64,000 nucleotides of DNA, taken from IMG/VR virus record IMGVR_UViG_3300049215_000771, positions 310,001-374,000 of that record; one strand, 5' to 3'. Both the position numbers and the translations under genes were made by a program. The notes under the pieces were generated by a model, which saw nothing but the letters and a program-made list of their open reading frames with translations, did no database searches and was not told the origin of the DNA. This document shows positions 9,922-19,235 of the stretch, piece after piece (position 1 is the first letter of the stretch; each line of letters opens with the position of its first letter).

Positions 9922-10358
9922 CGTTGAATGATATGATCGCCCTGCTCAATGGGGACTTGATGAACGAATGGAAGCATTTGCGCTTCTACCTGGCGAATGC
10001 CAGCCTGATGACTGGCCTGCACGCCCATGAGTACAAGGAGTTTCTGCTGAAGGCTGCTGAGGGGGAAATGGCCCATGTTGTTGCCTTCCAAGACCTGATT
10101 ATTGGACTTGGAGGGATGCCTACAACAGATAGCAACCCTTTCCTGACCACTTCTGACCCGACCGAGGTTGTAAAATTGGCCTTGGCGATGGAAGATGAGG
10201 TAGTGAAGAACTATGTACAACGGCAGGACGACGCCCGGAAGCTGGCGGCGACTGATCCGGTCAATGGGGGCTGGATTGATGTGTTCATGGACGGGCAAAT
10301 CCAAGACAGCAGGGAAGATGCTGACCATTTGCGGCAGATTTTGAAAGGCATCAAGTAA
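9918..10358 (+). CDS. Ferritin-like (bacterioferritin/Dps-type) protein
   Basis: NE..H..Y, EGEMAH, LGGMP, MEDEVV, EDADH diiron pattern; GGAGG RBS before ATG 9918. Confidence 0.8.
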   Translation: MTLNDMIALLNGDLMNEWKHLRFYLANASLMTGLHAHEYKEFLLKAAEGEMAHVVAFQDLIIGLGGMPTTDSNPFLTTSDPTEVVKLALAMEDEVVKNYVQRQDDARKLAATDPVNGGWIDVFMDGQIQDSREDADHLRQILKGIK

Positions 10359-10369
10359 AGGAGGGGTTC

Positions 10370-10912
10370 ATGCCGACCGAGAACGAACGCAAGTACGTTC
10401 TGAACGCCAAGTGCGAACGGGCCGTCGCTGACATGGCGATTCAGAAGTACGAAATCTCACAAGGTTATCTGATCGCCACACGAGGCATCACGGTGCGTGT
10501 GAGAAAGTCAGTTCCCGTATACGCCAACGGCAACAACAAAGGCGGATATTTCTTCACCATGAAAGTGAATACGGGCGGTCGGTGTGTGGAAGTAGAAAAC
10601 AAACTCGATAAGCGGGATTTTGATGACTTGTGGGCCATCTCCCTCAACAAGCTGGAGAAGATTCGCTATGATGTGCGGGCCGGCAAGTACCTGTGGGAGT
10701 GCGACTTCTTCAAGGACTACAAGGCTCAAACGTACATCGCTATTGCTGAGATCGAACTCCCCGAAGGCCAGATGGAACCCGATTCACTGCCTCCCTTCAT
10801 CAAGGACAACCTTCTATATCGAGTTGCATTGACAGACACAAGGTTCTCGAATAAGCTATTAGGTGATGCGAGGTATGCAGCCGATCTGCTTACCGAAATC
10901 ACCAAGAAATGA
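10370..10912 (+). CDS. CYTH domain protein (triphosphate tunnel metalloenzyme)
   Basis: ENERKY (ExExK), ISQGYL, VRVRK, EKIRY, WECDFF, AEIEL. Confidence 0.88.
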   Translation: MPTENERKYVLNAKCERAVADMAIQKYEISQGYLIATRGITVRVRKSVPVYANGNNKGGYFFTMKVNTGGRCVEVENKLDKRDFDDLWAISLNKLEKIRYDVRAGKYLWECDFFKDYKAQTYIAIAEIELPEGQMEPDSLPPFIKDNLLYRVALTDTRFSNKLLGDARYAADLLTEITKK

Positions 10913-10919
10913 GAACCCC

Positions 10920-11222
10920 ATGAAATACAACCTTGTACGAAACATGCCCGTGGCCCGTTTTTGGTACAAAGGGCATCACACCCATCCCGTGCGCCGGACC
11001 ATCCTGGTCATTGAATCGACCCCGCACCTGTTTGTCGGATATGAAGTCCGTGAAGGAAGGATTCTTCGTAAGTTGCAAGATGCTCCAATCAAAAGCTACA
11101 GGAAGGACAAGATCGCCAACACCTACTCGTTGCGCCCGGATGCGCCACTCCGTAGGGAGAACCCCAACGCCAGCACCCTCAAACGAGAGAAGTTGCTTAG
11201 TTTGATCGAAACCGGCTTCTAG
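10920..11222 (+). CDS. Hypothetical protein, WYL/SH3-like
   Basis: FWYKG...VRRTI..IE...VGY...IKSYRKDKI loosely resembles WYL domains. Confidence 0.4.
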   Translation: MKYNLVRNMPVARFWYKGHHTHPVRRTILVIESTPHLFVGYEVREGRILRKLQDAPIKSYRKDKIANTYSLRPDAPLRRENPNASTLKREKLLSLIETGF

Positions 11223-11235
11223 TCTTTCCGCAAGA

Positions 11236-11277
11236 AAACTGCTCGGCTCACTCCTACATAGGTGAGCCGAGCAGTTT
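11236..11277 (+). promoter_or_regulatory. Perfect 16-bp inverted repeat with TACATAG in the loop
   Basis: aaactgctcggctcac-tcctacatag-gtgagccgagcagttt, 6 nt before ATG 11284. Confidence 0.7.
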
Positions 11278-11283
11278 CGTTTA

Positions 11284-12399
11284 ATGAAGGAAAGAAAGAT
11301 GCCGTTTTACCAAAACCCGTTTGATGAAGATTTCCGTGGCAACTGGATTCTGGACGACCGCCAGTTGTCCTTGACGTTCAAATGCCCAGGGAACCGAAAC
11401 CAAACGAACCTAGCTGTTTGTTGGAATTTTGAACCTTACGATCTGTCCACGTTCAACACGCTTACTATCTACTACGCCTTCGACCGGGCAGACCTGGTTC
11501 CAACCCAGCCTGGAGGTTTGTCGGCGGGGAGTGGTATTGCGCAGCGGGCATTTGTAAATTGGGCCTCCTTGCCCATTAACATAGCAGGTGCCAATCCTTC
11601 GGCAACACTGGCCGCTGAAATAGTCGCCATCCTGAATGCCAACACGACATTTTCAGATCATCTGGTTGCCAGCCTGGACAATTTCCAGCGTGGCACCAAC
11701 CAGCCGACCATGCGTGTAGTCATCAAAGGGAAGAAACCAAAACACGCTTTCAAGTTCTATTTTGACAATGGTGGAGCCGAGCAAAAGTTGAAATTCAACA
11801 AATATGCCGGCGTCTCCGACCTTCCTTCATACTTCGACCGCCACACCATCGCCAATCGTTTCCAGTACAACGACAGCGTTGGTCTACTTGTCCGTTTGTC
11901 ACAATCAATTTCAGGTATCAGCGCCGCCAACCCCACGGTGGTCACAACTGTCAACCCCCACGGACTAACCACGGGCGATGTAATTTACGTTGACAATTCT
12001 GATTCTAATCCGGTCATTGACGGGCAACAAACCGTAACAGTTACGGGTGCCAACACTTTCACAGTACCAGTCAATGTATCCACGGCGGGCACACGGGGCG
12101 AGTTCTTGACCACACAAAACTACAACGTGGTCAAAGACTATGGCCTTGACCCATTGTCAATGAAACAAGATTGGGAACAGTTGTCGGGTGGTTCCCAATC
12201 CTTCATGTTCACAAGTCAAACTTTTGACAGTAATAGTCCGCCACGGATGACACAACAGATTCTATACCATGCTGGTTCGGTTGCTGGCGACTTGGCGGTA
12301 AAAACGATCTATGTATACAGCGGAACGAACACCCAGCCGATTCAAATCTTCCAGATTCCGTATCAGTTGCAGACTGCCGACCTGATTACTCCACCGTAA
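11284..12399 (+). CDS. Putative virion structural protein with E1-FCCH-like beta domain
   Basis: ISAANPTVVTTVNPHGLTTGDVIYV...GANTFTV typical of the FCCH-like domain in phage tail proteins. Confidence 0.6.
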   Translation: MKERKMPFYQNPFDEDFRGNWILDDRQLSLTFKCPGNRNQTNLAVCWNFEPYDLSTFNTLTIYYAFDRADLVPTQPGGLSAGSGIAQRAFVNWASLPINIAGANPSATLAAEIVAILNANTTFSDHLVASLDNFQRGTNQPTMRVVIKGKKPKHAFKFYFDNGGAEQKLKFNKYAGVSDLPSYFDRHTIANRFQYNDSVGLLVRLSQSISGISAANPTVVTTVNPHGLTTGDVIYVDNSDSNPVIDGQQTVTVTGANTFTVPVNVSTAGTRGEFLTTQNYNVVKDYGLDPLSMKQDWEQLSGGSQSFMFTSQTFDSNSPPRMTQQILYHAGSVAGDLAVKTIYVYSGTNTQPIQIFQIPYQLQTADLITPP

Positions 12400-12513
12400 A
12401 ATCGTGATGAGTCCAGAAAGCTGCTGATTTGGATAAGTCGTAGAACGAACGTACAACCCGTGTTTCCTTGGGAGGCACGGGTTGTTTTGTATCTTCAATC
12501 ACTTCCACGGAAT

Positions 12514-12546
12514 AAAAAGGGCGGTTGTGAAGTTCCACACCCGCCC
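12514..12546 (-). terminator. Rho-independent terminator (minus strand)
   Basis: Minus strand gggcgggtgtg-gaactt-cacaaccgccc followed by T5. Confidence 0.65.
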
Positions 12547-12587
12547 ATTCGTGCATTAGTTCTTGCCATGTTTCTGGCGGCATTGTT

Positions 12588-13193
12588 TTACATACCGAAG
12601 ATTACATACCCCAAACCAACAACAAGGGCTGCGATGACACCCCACAGGATCAAGTTCATAGTCGGGTTCGGCTGAGTGTTGCCACCAACACGACGACCGA
12701 TTTCATCTGCCAGGCTACCTGGAACCGGCGTTGGCTGAACCGGCTGAACTGGCTGAACCGGGGCCGGCGCAGGCTGGGGTGCTGGCCTTACGTCGTCCTT
12801 CACCGCTTTCATCGCAGCGACAATCGCCTCGATCATTTCTTCCCTGGTAACGTGGCAAGGGTTGTCGTCTGTCTGCTGGTCAGTGCTGAGAGATCGAACC
12901 GATGGTTCTGCAACCAAATGTTCAACCAACTGCATCTGTACTTTCGGCTCGATAGACTCGACTTTTTTCTCAACCACTGCACCAGTTTTGTCGATGGTGT
13001 GGATTTCCCTCTCGTAAACGAAGGGCTTCCTTTTTTCTACAACTCGCTGCGAAAGGCGAAGTGGTCGCTCATCTTCAACGTGAAGTTCTACAACCCGTTC
13101 CGCCTCTCCGTTAGGATTCACATTCTCCGTGACCCGACGCTCGGCCCTGCGGCCATCTTCAAGCGTCCACTTTTCAGATTTGAAGTCGTCCAT
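12588..13193 (-). CDS. Membrane protein with C-terminal TM helix
   Basis: AGGAG RBS; charged N-terminus, Pro/Gln linker, LILWGVIAALVVGLGYVIF. Confidence 0.7.
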   Translation of the reverse strand: MDDFKSEKWTLEDGRRAERRVTENVNPNGEAERVVELHVEDERPLRLSQRVVEKRKPFVYEREIHTIDKTGAVVEKKVESIEPKVQMQLVEHLVAEPSVRSLSTDQQTDDNPCHVTREEMIEAIVAAMKAVKDDVRPAPQPAPAPVQPVQPVQPTPVPGSLADEIGRRVGGNTQPNPTMNLILWGVIAALVVGLGYVIFGM

Positions 13194-13261
13194 AATAGTT
13201 CTCCTTATAGAGACGGTCTAGGAGTATGTATCCAGCAGCAATGGAAATCTGAAGGAGACTA

Positions 13262-13549
13262 TTAGCACTTTGGCCGTACCTTGACCTCTCGGATGTCCAC
13301 GCCGGGACCACCCAATATCTTCTCGGCGATTTCTGTCGCTTCTGCCCTCGCTTCTTCAATGGTTGTAGCTTGAATAACAGGAAGGTTCTTGTACTCGATT
13401 CCAAGTCCCCTGTCATAACGAACGATTGCAACGAACTCGCCAATAACCGGCTTCTTCGTCTTGGCATCCTGCAAAGCACGATAGACGATCTCGACAGCCT
13501 CCTCGAAGCTGTGCCCTTTGGCGATGAGTTCCTGAAGTAGATTTTCCAT
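13262..13549 (-). CDS. Hypothetical protein
   Basis: ORF starting MENLL (ATG 13549). Confidence 0.55.
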   Translation of the reverse strand: MENLLQELIAKGHSFEEAVEIVYRALQDAKTKKPVIGEFVAIVRYDRGLGIEYKNLPVIQATTIEEARAEATEIAEKILGGPGVDIREVKVRPKC

Positions 13550-13596
13550 AGGATGGACCCTTTGTATATAGGAGCAATATCTTGATTTTACCCTGG

Positions 13597-14148
13597 CTAG
13601 ATGCCCCACTTCAACCGCATCTCCTGTAGAAATTCGGCCTGCTCCCTTCGGGCCTCACGGTTGACAACTTTCGCTTGTGCCTTCCTGTTTGTTCTTTCCT
13701 TCTTCTTGCAAGACTCAAACAAGTTCTCAACAACCTTCTCCCACTCGTGACCAGGAACGTACCCATCGAGTTCGTTGGCAAGTTCCCTGTAGACCAGGTG
13801 TCCCTGCCAATAAGTCTTCAAGTCCCTCGTTTCTTCGTTCCAGCTAATCTCCAAATGAATCCCCCGGCGCAGCCCATCAAAATGCCAACCAATAAGATGG
13901 GTTACTTCTTCCTCATCGAAATAAGGAATAGCATCTTCATCAGGAATTTCATCGAAATCAGGAAGAAAATTCTGCTCGAAGTTAGCAGAACCTTGACGCA
14001 CCATTGGCTCTCCGAAGGTTTTAGCAATGCGTGCCAGTTTTCCTTCACCGCCCATATAGCCATTCTTCATGGCCTCAATCGTGCGATGTTCTCGAATTGT
14101 TTGTTCTTTCCGAAGGAACAAAGCGGGATGTTCTTTTCGTTGATTCAT
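13597..14148 (-). CDS. Hypothetical protein
   Basis: 183-aa ORF preceded by TATATAG. Confidence 0.65.
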   Translation of the reverse strand: MNQRKEHPALFLRKEQTIREHRTIEAMKNGYMGGEGKLARIAKTFGEPMVRQGSANFEQNFLPDFDEIPDEDAIPYFDEEEVTHLIGWHFDGLRRGIHLEISWNEETRDLKTYWQGHLVYRELANELDGYVPGHEWEKVVENLFESCKKKERTNRKAQAKVVNREARREQAEFLQEMRLKWGI

Positions 14149-14186
14149 ACACTATATACCCACGTCTTCCACAATAAAGGAGTGTT

Positions 14187-15881
14187 ATGCCTATCCCAGC
14201 CAACAGATCGAAGATTGTTATCGGCAAAAACCTGCCGGTCCCTCGCCCACCCCGTCCAATCAATCAAGGTCCAGTACATTACTTCTATGACGATCCATCC
14301 ACCCCCGATCTCGTAGACGACGTGCCAATTGGTCCAACCCCACTGCCCGTCGCTATTCAGGGCTATATGGGCGGTGGACAACCAGTGGGATCGCTGTCGT
14401 GGCAAGCATCTACCAGCGCTGTTACCATCGGCAATGCCATGAGGTACATTACATCTCGTTGTAGCAGAAGGGCGATTGTCCGTTGGGCTGCAACCAACAC
14501 CTTGATGATTTTGGTCCGTGCTGGTGAGGATTTGAATGCTTACTACGACCGCCAGGCACTCAGGTTCTTCTACATCAAAGACCCTGTAACCAACCAGATT
14601 GTTTTTGCCTGCGATGCCGCCAGCGTAGTCGCCCACGAGTTGGGTCACGCTGTATTGGATATTCTACGCCCTGACTTCTGGAATACGCAGTCCCTTGAGA
14701 TTTTTGCTTTCCACGAAGCGTTCGGTGATTGCCACGCCCTGTTGGAGATTATGCAGCATGACAAGGTTCTCCAGTACGCATTGAACGAGACAGGCAACAA
14801 CCTGCTCCAAAGCAACGTCATCAGCCGACTCGCCAAGCAGATGGGAGCATGTGCCTATCATATCGCTCCTCCGTCCGCAGGATATAACCCCAACTACCTG
14901 AGAAACGCCGTCAACGACTTCAAGTACGTTCTGCCGGAAACTCTCCAGGAAGATACGCCAGATACAGTGTTGAGCAAGGAACCCCACAACTTCAGCCGTA
15001 TTTGGACTGGAGCATGGTGGGAGATCGTGGCAAAAATTCACCAGAAACTCATGGGCAGCATGGACCCACTGTCGGCTTTGCGCCAGGCTCGTGACACAGC
15101 CTGTGACTTGCTGGTAAATGCCGTGATCGACGTGCCCAATACACCACGCTTATACGACGCCTTGGCACGCCAGATGCTTGTGGTCGATGGACAGAATGGA
15201 GGCGCTTACAAAGACATACTCACCGAGGTATTCAACAACAGGAATATCCTCCTGAACAGGGTCACAGCGATGAGCGCAGTCGAGCAAGACACCATTGCCG
15301 CCATGCCAAACGCAAACGTCGTTCTGCACCCGATGGGCAAAAGCGTGTACCTCAGAAACAACAAAAAACTAAAAATGATGGATCACACCGTTTCTGCTCT
15401 TGCCAATGGGCGGCAGAATCCGTTGTATGGAGTTCATGTGGAAGTTCCGATGGAGAGTGCCTACCATTTCAATCATCAAGGTGTTATGGTAGACAGCCAT
15501 GAGGCTGATGAGGGGGAAGCCATCGAGTCAGCCCGGCACTGCCTGGACTTCCTGCACAATCACCGGATGGTCAGTCCTGATCCCAAAACGGCGTTCGAGA
15601 TCAAGGACAACAACCTGGTGCGCACTCACGCTTGCGGTGCTTGGTGTCCGAAGTGTAACAGAAACAATGCTTGCATTCCGGGTTCACCGGAATATCAGAA
15701 AGGATACAAGGCCAACAACAACGCCGGTTGCGGGTGCAAAGGGTGCGGTAACATCCCGGTGTGCGATTGTGATGGACCACCACCAGGACCAAGGCAAAAA
15801 CTAGGTTGCTTCACTACGGTTAAAACGGGTGGTGCAGCCAGATATAGCCACGGGCAGAACGCTTCAAGGAAAGTTTGCTAA
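14187..15881 (+). CDS. Gluzincin metallopeptidase (M36/M4-like) with Cys-rich C-terminus
   Basis: NAYYD, VAHELGH (HExxH), HEAFGD, EPHNFS; AAGGAG RBS. Confidence 0.85.
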   Translation: MPIPANRSKIVIGKNLPVPRPPRPINQGPVHYFYDDPSTPDLVDDVPIGPTPLPVAIQGYMGGGQPVGSLSWQASTSAVTIGNAMRYITSRCSRRAIVRWAATNTLMILVRAGEDLNAYYDRQALRFFYIKDPVTNQIVFACDAASVVAHELGHAVLDILRPDFWNTQSLEIFAFHEAFGDCHALLEIMQHDKVLQYALNETGNNLLQSNVISRLAKQMGACAYHIAPPSAGYNPNYLRNAVNDFKYVLPETLQEDTPDTVLSKEPHNFSRIWTGAWWEIVAKIHQKLMGSMDPLSALRQARDTACDLLVNAVIDVPNTPRLYDALARQMLVVDGQNGGAYKDILTEVFNNRNILLNRVTAMSAVEQDTIAAMPNANVVLHPMGKSVYLRNNKKLKMMDHTVSALANGRQNPLYGVHVEVPMESAYHFNHQGVMVDSHEADEGEAIESARHCLDFLHNHRMVSPDPKTAFEIKDNNLVRTHACGAWCPKCNRNNACIPGSPEYQKGYKANNNAGCGCKGCGNIPVCDCDGPPPGPRQKLGCFTTVKTGGAARYSHGQNASRKVC

Positions 15882-16327
15882 CGATTAAGCAATTTGAGGC
15901 GTTGTCCCTTGATTGGTCGCCCCCTATCAAACTCAACCGTGTCAACGTAATTGTCCGTGGTCCGGTAGACGAGTTCTGCAAAGTCCTTGTCGCCCATGAA
16001 ATTAACACGGATGTTTACTTTGGTGATATGGGGGCGAATTGTCAAAACATGAATCTTGAAACGATCCTTGTCCCCGGCAATAATGTAGAACCCGTCTTTT
16101 ACCGGCTCGTCCTTGGTGATGGGAAGGTTGAGTTCTTTTAAGGCAGACTTGACGGAGCGGTGCATTGTAGGCATTTCTTCGTCATAGTATTTATGAGCCT
16201 CACCTTCCTTCCACATGATGACGCCGGTTACAATAGGACTGGCGAGGTTAAAAGGGCTGATCGGCGAGCAGCCCTGTGCGGCCAAAACCGCAAATAAAAG
16301 AGCAAAAAAGAGCGTGAATTTTTTCAT
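15878..16327 (-). CDS. DUF3568-like lipoprotein
   Basis: Signal peptide with lipobox AQG-C; ...KVNIRVNFMGD; GGAGG RBS; start ATG 16327. Confidence 0.7.
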   Translation of the reverse strand: MKKFTLFFALLFAVLAAQGCSPISPFNLASPIVTGVIMWKEGEAHKYYDEEMPTMHRSVKSALKELNLPITKDEPVKDGFYIIAGDKDRFKIHVLTIRPHITKVNIRVNFMGDKDFAELVYRTTDNYVDTVEFDRGRPIKGQRLKLLNR

Positions 16328-16378
16328 GACCTTCCTCCTCTCTATGTATCGCTGTGGACCCGAAAAAGGAGAACCATC

Positions 16379-16705
16379 ATGAGCCGTTACGACGAATGGG
16401 GCAGCACGGCCCGCAAACAGTACGACGACGATGAAGAAAACCAGGACATCATGGATGTCGATGACGAAGACATCGACGAAGATGACCTGGACGACGAAGA
16501 CGATCTCGACGATGACGACGATCTCGACGATGACGACTTCGACGACGATGACGACGAAGATTGGGACGACGATGACGACGACCTCGACGATGACGACTTC
16601 GACGACGATGACGATGACGAAGACGACTTCGACGATGACGATGACGACGATGACTTCGACGACGATGATGACGATGAGGATTTCGACGACGAGGACGAGG
16701 ACTAA
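16379..16705 (+). CDS. Extremely acidic poly-Asp protein
   Basis: AAGGAG RBS; C-terminal ~90 aa almost all D/E with periodic L/F/W. Confidence 0.7.
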   Translation: MSRYDEWGSTARKQYDDDEENQDIMDVDDEDIDEDDLDDEDDLDDDDDLDDDDFDDDDDEDWDDDDDDLDDDDFDDDDDDEDDFDDDDDDDDFDDDDDDEDFDDEDED

Positions 16706-17386
16706 GTGCATCTGGCTATCGAGTATCTTGCAAGGAAAAAGCTGTTCCGTGAGTGGTTCAACATCCCTTGCTCGCTGTTTGTGCAAGAAAGGGGAACGCA
16801 AAACAAGATCGCAGTAACAATCAACGAGGAGTTCAAACCTTCGGAGTTGTACTGCGTCAAGCACTGGCATATTTGCAAGTGTAAGCGCTCCCAGGCACTT
16901 CCGTCTTTCACCGAGTTTAGAGTCCCCAAATCTGAAGTGTTTACGCATCAGGCGGTGGTCCTATCAGGTCATCGCCTGATGCCTTACCACGCCTGCCCGA
17001 TCCCATTTCAAGAAAATGGCACACATCACCCGATGTCGGAAGAAATCTACACCTTCTTCTATGACAACTATTTAGACACTTTCAAGCACCGAGAGGCGAA
17101 GGTGAACTGGCTTTGGACCGAGTTCATCATGACCTATCTCCCTCAATTGTGCAGTCGTTCTCTCTATATACCGTTGTACAAATCTGATGCGGAAATCGCC
17201 TCAGACCAGCGTAGCATGGTGGCGACTGTGTACTCCGAAGTATGGCAGTGCTGGATCAAGTGGTGCAAATACATGCTCTACCTTGATGGCGTCCCCGGCG
17301 AACTGGTCTTCCTGGGCGAGTACCAACAAGGAGGTTTATGGACCGAAATAGCGCCTCAGTTGTCATTGTCTCGCTTCTTACACTGA
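16706..17386 (+). CDS. Hypothetical protein
   Basis: 226-aa ORF, GTG start abutting the previous stop. Confidence 0.6.
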   Translation: MHLAIEYLARKKLFREWFNIPCSLFVQERGTQNKIAVTINEEFKPSELYCVKHWHICKCKRSQALPSFTEFRVPKSEVFTHQAVVLSGHRLMPYHACPIPFQENGTHHPMSEEIYTFFYDNYLDTFKHREAKVNWLWTEFIMTYLPQLCSRSLYIPLYKSDAEIASDQRSMVATVYSEVWQCWIKWCKYMLYLDGVPGELVFLGEYQQGGLWTEIAPQLSLSRFLH

Positions 17387-18108
17387 TCCTTGCCTTTCTG
17401 CCCTCCAAGCAGGCCGCTCAGGTTCCAGTTGTTGAAAACAACCAGCCACCTGTTCGCATGGACCGGCTGTACCCCGACCCGGAACAACCTCATGTTCCTA
17501 ACCCCGTCGCTGCCTACGAAGGTACGCCGGACGACGAAGAAGAACTGAAAAATTGCCAAGTCCCCATCCCCATGAAGGATCGGGTATTCAACCGCACCGG
17601 CATTCAATGTGTTTGGTGTTCCATTGAATGCCTGGGGCGTTGGGCCGAAGAAAAAAAACTTGTCGGCCCGCCTTGCATGACTGACTGGCCGGATTGCAAA
17701 AGCTACTCCGGGCCGGGCAGCGCCGGCAGCAAATTACGAGAGATCAAAGTCCGCTTCGAGCAAGTTACCGACAAGACCAAAGGGCGAGAACTGATTCGCA
17801 GGTGTGTCGTCCAGGAACGCCGTGGCGTATTGTTCTCCGTTCCTGGACATGCTATGAACCTCGTACACTACGACGAACAAAACAAAATCGTCAAGTATAT
17901 CAATAACTCCGACAAAACGCTGAAGGTTCGGACCTGGACGATGGATGAGTTCGAGAAACGCTGGGAAGGTTGGGTGCTGGCGATCTACGCCGACAATGAC
18001 ATCATCCCCTTCAAGTTTACCCCGCCCGCTTGCTTGATCCCCATTGTGGACCGCATGGGCAACGGCGTTTTTGATCCCAAGCAGTACATCTTGATTCCTG
18101 GCAGGTAA
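17338..18108 (+). CDS. Secreted papain-like (C39-like) cysteine peptidase
   Basis: Signal peptide; GIQCVW (Q-C), PGHAMN (His), YINNSD; GGAGG RBS. Confidence 0.6.
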   Translation: MDRNSASVVIVSLLTLILAFLPSKQAAQVPVVENNQPPVRMDRLYPDPEQPHVPNPVAAYEGTPDDEEELKNCQVPIPMKDRVFNRTGIQCVWCSIECLGRWAEEKKLVGPPCMTDWPDCKSYSGPGSAGSKLREIKVRFEQVTDKTKGRELIRRCVVQERRGVLFSVPGHAMNLVHYDEQNKIVKYINNSDKTLKVRTWTMDEFEKRWEGWVLAIYADNDIIPFKFTPPACLIPIVDRMGNGVFDPKQYILIPGR

Positions 18109-18255
18109 CGGATATGATAAAACATCGTGAGCAACAGAGTTCCTGTGAATAATCACAGGCAAACGCTTTCTCACAACATCTAGCGAGCAAAAGAGTTCCT
18201 ACGAGCAATCGCAGGCAAATCCTTTCTCGCTAGATTTTTCATTGGGAGTACCTTC

Positions 18256-18999
18256 ATGGACACAATCGTAACATTTTCTGGCGCTGGATTGTCGAACGAA
18301 TCCGGCATCCCCACGTTCCGAGATTCCAATGGCTTGTGGCACAACCACAAAGTCGAGGACGTTGCCGACCACAAAGCCTGGGAACGACCCGATAATCGTC
18401 AACTCATGCTGGACTTCTACGCCGAGAGGTTCAACAACATTCACTCAGTCCAACCCAATGCCGCCCACTATGCCCTGGCGAAGTTGGAACAGAAATACAA
18501 AGTAATCAACATCACACAGAACATTGATGATCTGTTGGAGAGGGCTGGTTGTACGAATGTCTGGCACCTGCATGGCAGCATCAACTCTCGTAAATGTGAG
18601 TGGCACAAGTCGATCACCAATTTGGATGGCGACATCAACTTCAAATGCGACTATCAAACTGTTCACACGGAGCCGGTCAAGCTGGGTGATTTGTGCCCCA
18701 AATGTGGTGGGCAGTTGCGCCCGGATGTTGTTTGGTTCGGCGAAGCCGTTGACATGAAGTACAAAGAACTGGATGAACTGGCTGCAATCGCCAAGGTTTT
18801 CATCGGCATCGGCACTAGCGCTCAGGTACAACCGGCTGCGGGGTTGTTGTTCACTTTCAGGGTCGCCGAGAAGAAGTATTTCATCGACCTGAAGCCGCCG
18901 TTGAGATTACACAGCTTCACCAGGTTGGAAGGCAAAGCCGGCGACCACATGCCGCCGCTGGCGGAAGAGTTACTTCTTCTTGCTGAAAATAGGACGTGA
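18256..18999 (+). CDS. cobB: Sirtuin (NAD-dependent deacylase, CobB-like)
   Basis: GAGLSNESGIPTFRD, TQNIDDL, HLHGS, CPKCGGQLRPDVVWFGE, GTSAQV. Confidence 0.93.
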   Translation: MDTIVTFSGAGLSNESGIPTFRDSNGLWHNHKVEDVADHKAWERPDNRQLMLDFYAERFNNIHSVQPNAAHYALAKLEQKYKVINITQNIDDLLERAGCTNVWHLHGSINSRKCEWHKSITNLDGDINFKCDYQTVHTEPVKLGDLCPKCGGQLRPDVVWFGEAVDMKYKELDELAAIAKVFIGIGTSAQVQPAAGLLFTFRVAEKKYFIDLKPPLRLHSFTRLEGKAGDHMPPLAEELLLLAENRT

Positions 19000-19185
19000 C
19001 TTCTCCCTGCCCCCGTTCTTCCTAGTCGGGGGCAGTTCTTTTGGATTGATCCCATCCATTGCGGGATGCGGGTGATTCTTCAACACCTGCTCTATCCCGT
19101 CACCTTCGTCATCGACTTGAGACGGACTCACTGGCCCGACAAGTCCACCTGACTCCCTCAGTCTCCACTCACGGTATGAAATCAT
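18970..19185 (-). CDS. Small protein with MISYREWRLRES leader
   Basis: GGAGG RBS before ATG 19185. Confidence 0.55.
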   Translation of the reverse strand: MISYREWRLRESGGLVGPVSPSQVDDEGDGIEQVLKNHPHPAMDGINPKELPPTRKNGGREKSRPIFSKKK

Positions 19186-19235
19186 AAAGCCTCCAGGGTA
19201 TATAATCCTGCACGTTTCAATTGCAACGGAGGCGT

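Noticed and set aside
15875-16141. 88-aa plus-strand ORF
   Set aside because: Fully antisense to the better-supported DUF3568-like lipoprotein.
16328-16948. Hydrophobic V/I-rich N-terminal part of ORF 15878-16948, and the T/M-rich ORF 16431-16817
   Set aside because: Alternative-frame read-outs of the poly-Asp repeat; the lipoprotein start is 16327.
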